NCBI GenBank assembly: GCA_027604505.1
Contig: JADIIX010000016.1
Coordinates: 186,001 to 233,841, forward strand
Length of the DNA: 47,841 bases
Direction: 5' to 3'
From: Gonapodya sp. JEL0774
Lineage: Eukaryota
The translations under genes and the position numbers were made by a program. The notes beneath the pieces are model-generated. The model searched no databases, was not told the origin of the DNA, and saw nothing but the letters and a program-made list of their open reading frames with translations. Shown here piece by piece: positions 12,795 to 24,013 of the stretch (position 1 is its first letter; the number at the start of each line of letters is the position of its first letter).

Positions 12795-15118
12795 TTACAA
12801 TAGTCCTCCAATGCGAAGCCATCCAACCCTCCATGGGCCAAACATACTTTTTGCTGGACTCACCCGATCCGTGGCTTCACATGTCATCAGTAATTCTTGA
12901 ACCACAGTTTCAGCATAGTTATATGGATAGACCAGCTCCTCAACTGTAGCTGCCGGCAATTCAGGTGAAGACAACGCAGGAGATGCCATGGACGGCACAA
13001 ATGAGGAGATAAGCCTTTGAAGGGACGTAAAGGGTGCCTTGATGAGGAGGAGAAGACTGTGATTACTGCTTGGAGGTTCACTCACCGCCGGGTCGAGTCG
13101 GGCAGAATATTCGACGCCGCGCAGTCGAGGAAAAGAATTTTCAGAGCTTTGGGGAAACACGGCGGAGGGGAGGGGATGAGGTGGGTGGGGAAATAGCCGT
13201 AATCAGGTAAGTGGTTCTTAAGATTGTACACAGCAAATGCTTGGAAGACACACCTGGGGCAAGCTCTCCAGGTGAGGCCTCCCGACAGAGCGGAGCTCCA
13301 TTATCCAGAATGGCCAATCGAGCAATTTTCTGTTCTACAGCTGTCAAGGTCGTGCTCGTGACGTCCCTTTTCGGCCCGTCCGTCCACCCGACCCAACCAT
13401 CCCAGCCGAAAACCCATATGATCGCTCGAACATCACGACACTCGGAACTTTCGGTCACTCTCATGGAGCGCAAAACGAACCGATAACTTGCGTGCGCTTG
13501 AACACGTTCCAGGAGGTCGGCAGCAAGGTAATCTATAATAGACGGAGACGGTAGAGGTCGAGGGGGCAGCCCTGAGTTCACTGGTGACTTTGCAGAAAAT
13601 CGAACGGCGTATTTGAGTAAAGACACCACCGCTTCAGGAGCAACCGCAGGGCAGAGAGACGGAGAACAGGAGTCCAGTGGAGGAGAAAATGATCCGAGTA
13701 TACTCCGACAACATTGACAAAGAATTGGGCGAGGGCCGTAGCGAGAATGGGAGGAGGAGTCACCCAGACTGACCAATGGGGGAGACGGTCCCTGCAATGT
13801 CCAAGAAAACAAAAAGGCACGTTCCTCAAGTCAGATGTATAACGGGTACTAAAGTCAGAGGAATCACGGCAATTCTTGAGATGTTCTCCTGTAACTATCT
13901 TTTCCTCAAGAGATCCGTGGCAGACTCAAAACGCCAGCTCACTCATCGCAGCATCCTGTTTTTGTCGCTCGAGGCCACGAGTGCCGAATGACGGACATGT
14001 ACTACAACGAGGAGCAATGAGAACGTCCCGAGTACCACGATGAGGGAAGGATTAACCACCAGGATGCCCAACATGAGCAGTTGCATTCACTTTTGGAGGC
14101 CAGTATCGGCAAACAAGCAACGCACGGTCTTGACCGGCTGCCTGTGGCCACCATGAGCAAAGGTGGGCGCCTGCTTGAGCCTCCAGGAATAACTTTCAGC
14201 ACTCTCGTACACGTAAGACCGTGCATACAGGCCAATGTTGCCTCCTGAAGTGCTACGACTTCAGATACGTGATGGACATGCCAAATCATCATCCACATCG
14301 TTCTGACTCTTACCCACCTCCGCCAGTTTCGCCGAGTTCGTCGGCTCCATGAAGTCAATCTCAGCAATACTCTCCCAGTCTAATTCGACCCCGTTCAAAG
14401 CGACGGCGTCGTCGGAGACCAAGCAGACACCAGGTTCTGGCTTCCCAAACACCTTTCTGGCAGTATCGAGCTTTCCATCCCGATTAAAGTTCTCGTTGTG
14501 ACACATCCAGGCATCAATGAGCTCGTGCCAGTATGGGGATGGTAGAGAGAGAACCGAGGTAAAGAGACGATCGTTGGGTGGTTGGGGTGGGTCGGAAGGA
14601 GGGTTCGATATGCCGACATCGCCGTGCTCGTTCCGAGTAATTTGAGCGCCACATGTACCACAGACGATGGCACAAACATTTTCAATGTCCTTCGCCGAAA
14701 GAAGTCGGATAGAAGATTCGACCGACTCGGATGGTCTTTTGGAAACTCGCAGCTTCATTTCCAAGCCGGGATAGACCTTCCTTGCAGCTTCGTCCTTGAC
14801 GGTTGTTGCTAAAGACGAGGAAGCTGGCACTGTCCAAGTCGCGGACAGCTGCAAAGAAGAGGGATCCACAAGAAAAGCGGGATGGAAGGAGAGAAGCGAC
14901 ACCCGCGCCTCGGGATCTGCAAGTGAGGGAGCGTACAAAAGTTGTCTAGACGATGAGGAGAAATGGGCGAAGAGAGGTTTCCCCTGGGAGGCTGCGGATG
15001 ATGGGGGGTTCCTGACAACCACTGAGACCGAAACACTCGCGATGTTGGGCAGGTACTCGACGAACACAGAAAACGCATTAGAGAGAAAAGACGAGGTCGC
15101 ATTCGCTTGAGCGCGCAT
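12795..15118 (-). CDS. UBE3D: HECT_2 / E2-binding protein, UBE3D (Ipa1) family
   Basis: EYLPNI N-terminus, CGTC, LPSPYWHELIDAWMCH signature, second CxxC (ILCQCC), C-terminal FGPWRVGWL. Long intron 13792-14317 joins LAE|GPSPP in phase 0. Confidence 0.85.
14094..14185 (-). ncRNA. Candidate structured intronic RNA (three-way junction) in the UBE3D/Ipa1 intron
   Basis: Minus-strand fold by eye: UGGAGGC/GCCUCCA closing stem, internal loop UCAAGCA/GAUACUG, GGCG/UGCC stem, hairpin CCACC/GGUGG, hairpin CAGGCAGC-CGGUC/GACCG-GUUGCUUG. Confidence 0.55.
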
Positions 15119-15625
15119 TTCTGCGCGGCGATTGATTCACTGGGATTATAGGATCCTCCAACGAGAGGTACACCAATTATTTGTATGAGATGAGAACATT
15201 ATAACCTGTTGAGGGCAGGAACTTCTTCGCACGTTGCTCCCCCACGTCGCCCTGCCCTCTAAACGTGGGGGCCTCGCAGGTTTTCTTCGTCAGTCCCGCC
15301 CGTCCGCGCCTCGTGTTGCCGGACATTGGGACTAATAACCTTGGATCTGTCTTTGATTGCTTGTTGATTTGGTTGGATCTTTGCTTTGAAACCTGAAATT
15401 TGCTCGTCAATTGCTTCTTCTTAGCTTCTATGTAGGAAAACTGTTACATAAACTGCTGTGATGTGAAGCGAAGCTGGTTCTCGGACTGTGGCCGACCGAC
15501 CCCCACTCACATCCTCCACCCACCCCGCTCTCCCCCTCGCCTCGCCAAACCTCCCTTCTCGCTCTCAAGGTGCGCCTGCCCACCAACACCTGACTTTCAA
15601 CCCCAAGCCATTCTGCATCACGTTC

Positions 15626-16952
15626 ATGGGCACTCTTAGATACAATAGAACTACAGACGTCGTCCATCTCAAAGCCATTGACCTGTCGCCATTTTGCACC
15701 CCGTCTACAATCGCAGAAAAGGCGCAGGCAGCATCTCTCGTCCGGGAAGCGTGCTCCACATTCGGGGCATTCTATGCTTACTTCTCTTCTTCGACAGAAG
15801 CATATCCGTCAAGCCCAGTCGATGAGGCTTTAAACTCTCTTTTCTCCCTCCCCGAAATCCTCAAATCGCGCCTTCCACGAATACAGCCTGGTGGGTTCAC
15901 ACGCGGCTACATTCCTCGTGGTGGTGAGAGTGGTTCCCTGGTTGAGGAAGTCAAAGAAGCATGGAGTTACGGATTTGCATTCAGCGACGAACACACTCCA
16001 GATGAGGACAAGGGTGAAGGATGGAACGTTTGGCCAGAATCCGAAACTACAGCAGCTCTGGATGCAAGTTTCCTTGCCAGCTCCAATTGTGGATTGCAAT
16101 CATGGCGATCCGCACTTGAGAACTTCTATTCCGAAACCACTTGCCTGGCAAAGTCCATTAGCAGCTGTGTTGAGATGGCACTCAGAAATACAGAGACGGA
16201 AGTAAAGGATGACGGGGCTCAGAGAGCTCATCTATGTGATGGTGGGGAAAGGATCAGTTTGATGAGGTATGTGAAGTTTCTGTGAAATTTCGCTTTTCTT
16301 AACAGGAGGAGCTTGCGGCAATTAGTTTGCTTACCTGACCCTACTGTGTCACCTGTCTTCTTTCACCCAATTTAGACTGTTCCACTACTTCCCCCGCCCA
16401 CCTCAGACCTCTTCCCATCAACAATCGAGCGCACTCATTGGTTCCTCCCCTCACACTGACTGGGGTTTTCTCACGCTCATCTATCAGCCTCATATAGATG
16501 TTCCAGGATTGGAACTGTGTGTAGATGGAGAGTGGAAGGCAGTGGCGCCGCCCGGACCATTACGTTCAATCGCAGCACCAAGCACATACAAGACCACTGA
16601 ACCTACGCCGTCAGCTATCGTACCTATCCTCGTCAACTGTGGCGATTACCTCTCCCTTCTCTCTCGCGCACATGGGCACAATTTTGTGAGTCCGCTCCAC
16701 CGCGTCGTGCTTGGCTCAGGCCATCGCACCTCGTGTGTGTTTTTCTGGTACCCAGGGTATGAGGCGCGAATACCGGGGATCGTTGAAGGAGATAAGTTGA
16801 GTTTGTGGGAGGATCAGAGTGCAGGTAGTGCAACGGAGGTGGGGCATCGTGAAATGGGAGCAGGTAAGGGGAACATAGAGGGCCGTATGAACTTATCTCA
16901 AGTGCCATTTGGGGAGTTTATCAGACGCAAGTGGAGTCAAGTGTACCGGTGA
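15626..16952 (+). CDS. 2-oxoglutarate/Fe(II)-dependent oxygenase (IPNS/DIOX_N family)
   Basis: IDLSPF, ACSTFGAFY, RGYIPRG.E, KEAWSYG, NVWP. Intron about 16267-16375. Then HTDWGFLTLI (HxD), VNCGDYL, SPLHRVV (distal His) and RTS (RxS). Confidence 0.88.
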
Positions 16953-17023
16953 AAGTGTGATCACAAACAAACCCAAACCCCATCATTCCAAAAAAAATTC
17001 CCGAAAACTTTCACTGACCAATC

Positions 17024-19934
17024 ATGGTCGAGTCGCCTGACAGGAATCGATCAGCCGGATTCAATGGCGCCTACGGTACGACAGAGCACCTCAAGCGCAA
17101 GAAAGGGAGGAAGCGGCAACCTCCTGGGTCGGTTGGCTCCATCATCAACGGTTTGAACAACGCCAATGGAAATCGAAGAGCGAATGGACATGCTGGTGGA
17201 AACAGTGGCAAAAATGCAATCAATGGCCGTGTGGGGGAGGGGAGCAAGTTTCTAGCGCACAGGATGAAGTTGCCGATTTGGACAGGTTAGTTCTTCCCCT
17301 CCCGCGAAAAGGTATCTCAAGAATGCGATTCGGAGCTTTGTTCTGGCGATCGCCTAGCCAAAGAGGCATTAGTGTCATCTCTCAAAGAAAACGACGCTGT
17401 GGTGGTCATCGGAGAGACAGGCAGTGGTAAAACAACCCGTGAGTTTCCAATCGTCGAACTGCTGAGCATGAGCCTCAAGACCCCTGCTGCTGCGACTGCG
17501 TGGCTACAATTCTCTGTGCTTTAGAGCTGCCCCAGTTTCTGTACGAGGGCGGTCTCGCGAGACCTCCTCGCCGTATGGAGAACCAGGAACTGGCCAAGGC
17601 CTTTTCCAGCTATCCTCATTGTATCGCTGTGACTCAACCTCGTCGTATTGCTGCTGTGACTATTGCACAGCGTGTTGCGGAAGAGGTTACGGGAAGGGAT
17701 GACCTCTTGGGAAAAGAGGTGAGTTGAGCAACTGTCAGCACAGGCCCACTCTTACCGTTTCGCAGGTCGGCTACTCTGTCCGGTTCACCTCTGCCTACCA
17801 CCCAACGGTGACGAAAATAAAATACCTCACGGACGGCATGCTCCTTCGTGAACTTCTTGCAGATCCGTACCTGTCGTGCTACACCGTGATAATTCTCGAC
17901 GAAGCACACGAGCGCAACGTCCGGACAGATCTCTTGTTTGGCCTCGTGAAACGTGTAATGACAGTCCGGAATAGACGACCTAGCGACAGTCCTGTGGATT
18001 CTGCCTCGCGTGGGTCCAAGGACTTGGAAGTGAGCAAGACCGCCGAACGGGACGAACTGGCAGCAAAAGTGCTGGGACCTTTGAAGTGTGTGGTGATGAG
18101 CGCAACATTGGACGCGGAGTTCTTTGCATCCTATTTCTGTTCTGTCGGTTCTTTTCGGACACTGGCAATCCAACCTTCCTCGACAACACCAAAGATACCC
18201 GCTCCGATCTTATACATCGAGGGTCGCACTTTTCCAATCACCACTTTCTATACCACGTCTCCTCAAGATGATTACATAGATTCTGCCTGTGTTACCATCT
18301 TCCAAATTCACCGGAACGAATCCCCTCCGCCTGGCGATATCCTTGTCTTCCTCCCTGGCCAGGATGATATCGAAACACTAGAACAGCTTGTAAGAAAATA
18401 TTCTCAAGATTTGCCGTCTACCCTGCCGAAACTCCTCGCTATGCCGCTGTTCGCGTCGTTGCCGACAAATCTGCAAACTCGCGTTTTCGAACCTGCGCCG
18501 AGAGGTACCCGGAAAGTCATCCTTGCCACAAACATCGCAGAATCCTCAGTTACAATTCCGGGTGTCAAGTACGTGATCGATACCGGGGTAGAAAAACGCA
18601 AGATGTGGGATCCCAAAATTGGTGTTGAGGTGCTGGCGCTGAGTAGCATCAGTAAAGCCAATGCGCGACAACGGCAAGGTAGAGCTGGAAGAGAGGTAAG
18701 TTTTCTTAATATTTGTTCAACCGAATCTGATCGTTTTCGATGGGAATTAAAAGTTTCCAGGTTTATGTTACCGCCTGTACACTGAAGAGACATTTAATGG
18801 GCTGCGCGATTCTGCGATACCCGAAATGAAGCGCGTAAACTTAGCATCTATAATGCTGACGCTGAAAGCGTACGGCGTCGAGGATCTCACCAAGTTCGAA
18901 TTCCTGGAGAAGCCATCAAGGCAGCAAAGTGAGTGCCTCTTCCGTTTTCAAACCTCGCACATGACACACTAGCTCAACCGGATGTCTATATGCTTTTGCG
19001 TTCAGTCTCGCGTTCCCTCGAGACTCTTCTCGCACTCGGTGCTCTTCATCCAGAGACTGGCAAACTCACTGACCTTGGCAGACAAATGTCTTTACTTCCA
19101 GTCGAACCAGCTCTAGCTAAAGTGCTCCTTCTGTCACCACAATACCAGTGCACTGCTGATATTATTGATTTGGTTGCTATGCTGGATATCGATAACGTTT
19201 TCTACACCCCCACAAGCTCCAAGGGGTTGGGGGCAAATGCCGGGAATGAGGATGAGGTTGACATAAGGATGTCTGAGCGCAGACAATTTGCACATCCAAG
19301 CGGGGACCATGTCACTTTGGTTGGGGTCTGGAGAGATTACGAGAGAGTCGGAAAAGGGGACGGTGGGGGCGACAAGGAGGAACGGAGGAAGAAATTAGAG
19401 TGGTGTAAAGAGAATCGGATTGACAGTAGGTCAATGCGACATATAATGGTTCGTACTTTCGAATTGTTGGTCTCGGCGGTATGCACACAGTTTGACGACA
19501 TTGTTCGCAAAAGGATGTTCGCCAACAACTCATCTCAATTGTTTCTGCCAGTCCATTCAACATGGATACAACCACAACCGTACATCCAACAACTACACCT
19601 AATCCATCTCCATTTCTGAAGTGCGTTCTCTCCGGATTTGCGCAGAATGTGGCTTTACGACAGCCTGACGGCACGTATAGGACATATGTGAACCATGTGA
19701 CGTGTGCGGTTCACCCTGGGAGTACTGTGAAAGGACAGGAGAGAGAGCGCGAGTTCCCTTCTGTGGTGTATCACGAACTAGTGAGTATCGAGAAGTACTC
19801 GTTTGTATTTTACCTGATCTTGTGTTGCCAATTCCTAGATGTTCACCTCGAAGAACTACATGCGGACTGTCTCCAGAATAGAGAACACTTGGATGCCGGA
19901 GATTGCACCCCAGTATTATGGTCGAGCCCTTTGA
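17024..19934 (+). CDS. DHR2: DEAH-box RNA helicase, DHX33/Dhr2-like
   Basis: [64 protein letters not shown], plus HA2/OB-fold C-terminus. Short N-terminus lacks Prp2/16/22-type extensions. Confidence 0.88.
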
Positions 19935-20108
19935 ATCACACATTTAATTTCGAGATTCCCGAGAATCCCTGCCCAAAATATGATCTAGTAACAGTATCAA
20001 GATTTTTACACCATTATTGAAAAATGCGTGGTACAAATGCCTGCATAATGTACTGCGAATGATAAGTAATTCGACCAGCGCAAGGCAACTTCTCCAGGTT
20101 ACCAGTGT

Positions 20109-21916
20109 TCAGAACAGTCCCTCCGTAACCTCTATTGTCATCTTCCTTCTCCAACTCGGTGGAGACCACGCCGCTGCGAGATCCACCGTCCTCATGGGCG
20201 CTGCGACACCGCTGCTCCGGGTCCTTCGGGCAGTCCTCAGCACCCGAGGGGGCTTTCGAATGTCATCGGGACTGATTTCCGAGATGTCAGAAGCAGAAGA
20301 GTCATCGTAGTCCCCGTTGCTGTTGGGACTCCCTTCCTGGGAATCGGGGACCCTTCTCCACCATCTTACAATGTCACGGAGCTTACGAGGATCAACTCGC
20401 TTCAAAATCCATGGGTGTTCCAATAAATCGGCACACGACATGCGGTGAAACACATCTCGAGACAGGAGGCGGCGGATGAAGTCAACGGCCTCGTGCGTAA
20501 GCGGGCGGCCGTTTTGGCCGACGGGAACAGTATCGAGTTGGCCAGCTTCAATGCGCCTGAGAACCTCAGCAGCACCAGTATTCATACCAAACGGGTGGTT
20601 ACCAATAAGAAAGTAGAGAGTGAGCATCCCAATGGACCAGTAATCAGCCTCTTTGCCGTAAGGCTCATTGTTGAGGAGTTCAGGCGCTAACGCAAATCAA
20701 ACATTTTTTGAGTCGAGCACCGAAACAGAAATAAAAATAGAGCCCGTTTCGTTGGCAGGAGCGGATCGAAATGATCAAGAAAGGTCCGGAACGTTTTCAT
20801 TGGAACACAGATATTTGAGACATCAAGGTGAGTATCCAGAGGTGCTGAAGAGAAATAAACTGGGGGTATCCCGATATGTAACTTACATTGCCAGACGGGC
20901 GTACCGACCGCGCCAGAGGTGAGTGATGTGGACGGTGTGTTGCCAACGACACAACCGTTAGTGAAATCCGTCAAAACCACTGACGCTGGGTCCTGTGGAT
21001 CTCGCAGAACAATGTTTGATGGTTTGATGTCCCGGAGAATGACATGTCTGTCGTGCAGGAAGCCCACAGCGGACGCTACACCAGCGATAAGTGTCTGGAC
21101 ATAGTGTCGCCGGTGTGGTACCAATAGCAGTACCAAGTACCCAGTAGCATACAATTGAATACACTTGTATGAAATTAAGCTTCGCGATGTGGACTCACCG
21201 CCGTCCACCCTTCTCCGTGCTGAACACCCATCTCAATTCCATCTTCCGGTTCCCCGACGTACTCGTAAACGATCATCCATCCGCTCCGTGTCTCCCACCA
21301 GTCAAGAAGTTCCACGATGTGAGGGTGGTGAGTAAGTGAGCGTAGGATGTGGATATCGGGTGCAAGGTTGGAGGGAGTTCTTAGAGAGGGAAAGGATGAT
21401 AGAATGGATTTGGAGATGTTCTTGATGACAACAGGACGCCTGAAAAACGTCAAGATGGATGAAAAGCGGCGAATAAGGGTCAATACAGTGCTGCTCTGGA
21501 CTGCTTTCAGACAGTTCCGTCGCCACACAATCGCCAAAGTTGAACCTCTGTCAGAGGGAGCCGTACGCACCCTGTAAGAGTATGAAACCCCCGATACACC
21601 GTCTTGTACGAGCTACTTTCTGTTCCCGGATCGGATTCAGGCGCAGATGTTGGGGATGAGGAAATTGGAGCCGAAAAGGAGCAAATCATACACGTTGGCA
21701 CTACATCGGTGGCCGGCGACCCTCAAGGCGTCGAGGGATAGCAGAAACGAACTTAGTGTGTCCTGAATGTCATACGCATCCTGGTCCCGTTGCCGTCTGC
21801 TCATCGCTACCTGGTGAATCAGTTGGGTGCGGAAATAACCACGGGAACGCCACACGAGCCCTGTTTCTACGGCTTTGATGGCCTTCTTCCACTTTTGCTG
21901 GAAAACATCATTCGAT
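20109..21916 (-). CDS. CAMK-like Ser/Thr protein kinase with degenerate motifs (possible pseudokinase); 5' end uncertain (ATG 21804 or spliced from upstream)
   Basis: Spliced SYKTVYRG..RPVVIK, HPHIVELLD, ILRDIKPSNIVL, LTDFT, GTPVWQ..PE, DYWSIG, R..C.DLLEHPWI. Introns 21613-21691 and 21440-21570 are phase-consistent. Confidence 0.8.
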
Positions 21917-21966
21917 CTACAAATGAGCACCATCAGCATATCGTGCTATTGTAAAGCAATCTCTAT

Positions 21967-23836
21967 TCACGCCTTCGTTGGTGTTGCTTTCCTCAATCTC
22001 AAAGAGACCAAAAACAGCACCGCTTGATAATTATTAGGAAAAGAGGCATTTGGAATAACATTTGACATCAAACACATTCAGGCAAATGAAGCCACGATTC
22101 ACAAGTAAAGATTGGATTCGGCGTCATTGCAGGCCAGACAACAAATCATTCCAGCTGGCACTCACCATACTGATACAAAATCTCCTTAGCCATGAACAAA
22201 AACGCAGCTGTCAAGACTGACTGCAGCAGCTTAGATTCAATGCCTTTGTACAAACCGCCAATGCCTTCATTGCGGATGATTTTGCGGAAGCCGTCGGCAA
22301 TGGAGTTGTACCGGACGTTCTCATCCTGGCTTTGCCGGAGCTGCATACGGGATTTGATCACGCTACAATGATGGATGTGAGTGTAATGTGATCGCCGCGC
22401 ATAAGCGTGGGGTTAAGACTCACATATAAGGATAAGTGATGGACGTTGCAGCAAGCTTGCTGATGGCACCAAGCAAAAAGAAGTCAAAGTTGCTTAGCTT
22501 TCGGCTGGCCTCGACCTTCGCTTTGACCTGCTCGAAGACAGTGTACTGTTCGTCATGAAACATTGTACCCGAGTCGGCAACAGGTGCGGAGAATTTGTTA
22601 TGCATTTGATTGATGCCGGAGCGTCATTAGAGACTCCCTATCACCCGAGTCCAAAACCTGGTCGAACTAACCTGAATGATTGGGTTTATGACCAGAATTA
22701 ATGCTGGAACTAAACCCCTGAAAAACTCTTGGGGACCTTCGTTCTTGAAGATCTCCCAGGCAGTCTGAATCGCACTTTTACCCTTCGCGGGGGTCTTGTC
22801 GTCTGTGCTGGAGGTCTTACGAGTGTTGGAGCGCGTGTTGATTACCCAAACGGGATTAGTGATGGTAGCAGTGGCAGCACCTGAGCAAAAGGGTCTTTTA
22901 CTTCGCGCAGGCAGAGCGTGTTCAAAAGCTCAATTTTTCGCCGCACCTGCAACCGCTCCAGCAAGCATGCTTTCAAGAGTGGTCATGGATCGTGTCTTGC
23001 CGGAAGCTTTGAGAGCCGCAGCTTCGAAGGCAGCCTTAGCCGCCTCTGATGAACAATGTGTTATCAAAGTGCATTAATCGACTATCCCCGCGATCCTGAT
23101 CCTCACCATAGAAGTAGTAGTACACTCCGTTTGTGATAGCAATACCGAAAATGGCTGAGTCGATACCTCTTCATCAGGAAGGTGTGAGAGTCACTCACGA
23201 TGACAGGAACACCATGCACATTTCACTTACGCGTAGAAGCCGCCAACACCTTCCTCTGTTAATATTTTCTTGGCAATAGCGATCTGTCCACCCTTGTCCC
23301 TCGACACCTGGTTGCGGGTTGACAGTGTGAACAGGGGATCTGCGCAGGCGAGTACGGCAAACCGTTGAAAACGAAAAGGGCGGAAGTATTCGCGACACAA
23401 CTTACAGGTGAGTACCATAGAGACGATTCCACCTCCGGCACCTGAACAGTTGGGAATGAAACATCGGGGATCGTTAAAATAAGCCAAACCAATAGGGAAA
23501 CCAAGCATTATGAGTACAAAGGAAAGCTCTTAATCATAGACATCGAATCATCGAGTCCCTAGGTTTCACTGATGGCTCCATCAGTCTCTTGCTGGCTCGA
23601 ACCCACACAATCAGGTGACTCAGCCTTCCATGATCAGATCCGACGGGTCATCCCTCCCGCACCATTAGGGTGTCGCTTCAGCCCTGCTTGCACACCGAGT
23701 TTCGGTCCGGTTCCGCATCTCCGTCCACGTCTGCCGCTTCCGACCTGAACAACTGTCCCGGAAGAGCGACCGTCGAACGAATATGATTATGGAGCGATTC
23801 CTCACCGGCAAGTGCGTGTGCTACGTTATCGCTCAT
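21967..23836 (-). CDS. PMP47: Peroxisomal SLC25 carrier, PMP47/PMP34 (SLC25A17)-like
   Basis: MSDNVAHALAG|AGGGIVSMVLT, carrier motifs TNPVWVINTR and TYPY|VIKSRMQ, EGIGGLYKG..KLLQSVLTAAFLF. Last exon AVLFLVSLRLRKATPTKA* (TGA 21969-21967). Confidence 0.88.
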
Positions 23837-24013
23837 GGCTTCTCGGATGTGGTAGCTGCTGATACGGGCGGAGAGTGCGAAAGTAGGAACAATAAATTCC
23901 TTCTTTCCGGTCCCAACTTCACGCAATATCACATGTGACGGACACAAACAGATATTCGGAACGATCCACTGACATTCATTACTTTATGTAAAACAAGACT
24001 ATTAATACAGCGT

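Noticed and set aside
18336..18346. ATATCCTT U12-type donor motif
   Set aside because: Lies in the conserved coding motif GDILVFL of the helicase, and the frame is uninterrupted.
21570..21620. WNK-like SYKTVYRG motif
   Set aside because: The kinase keeps the beta3 Lys (VVIK) and otherwise looks CAMK-like, so it is not a WNK.
23585..23610. tRNA-like GGTTCGAGCC (B box) in the PMP47 intron
   Set aside because: No T-arm stem, acceptor stem or anticodon arm can be formed.
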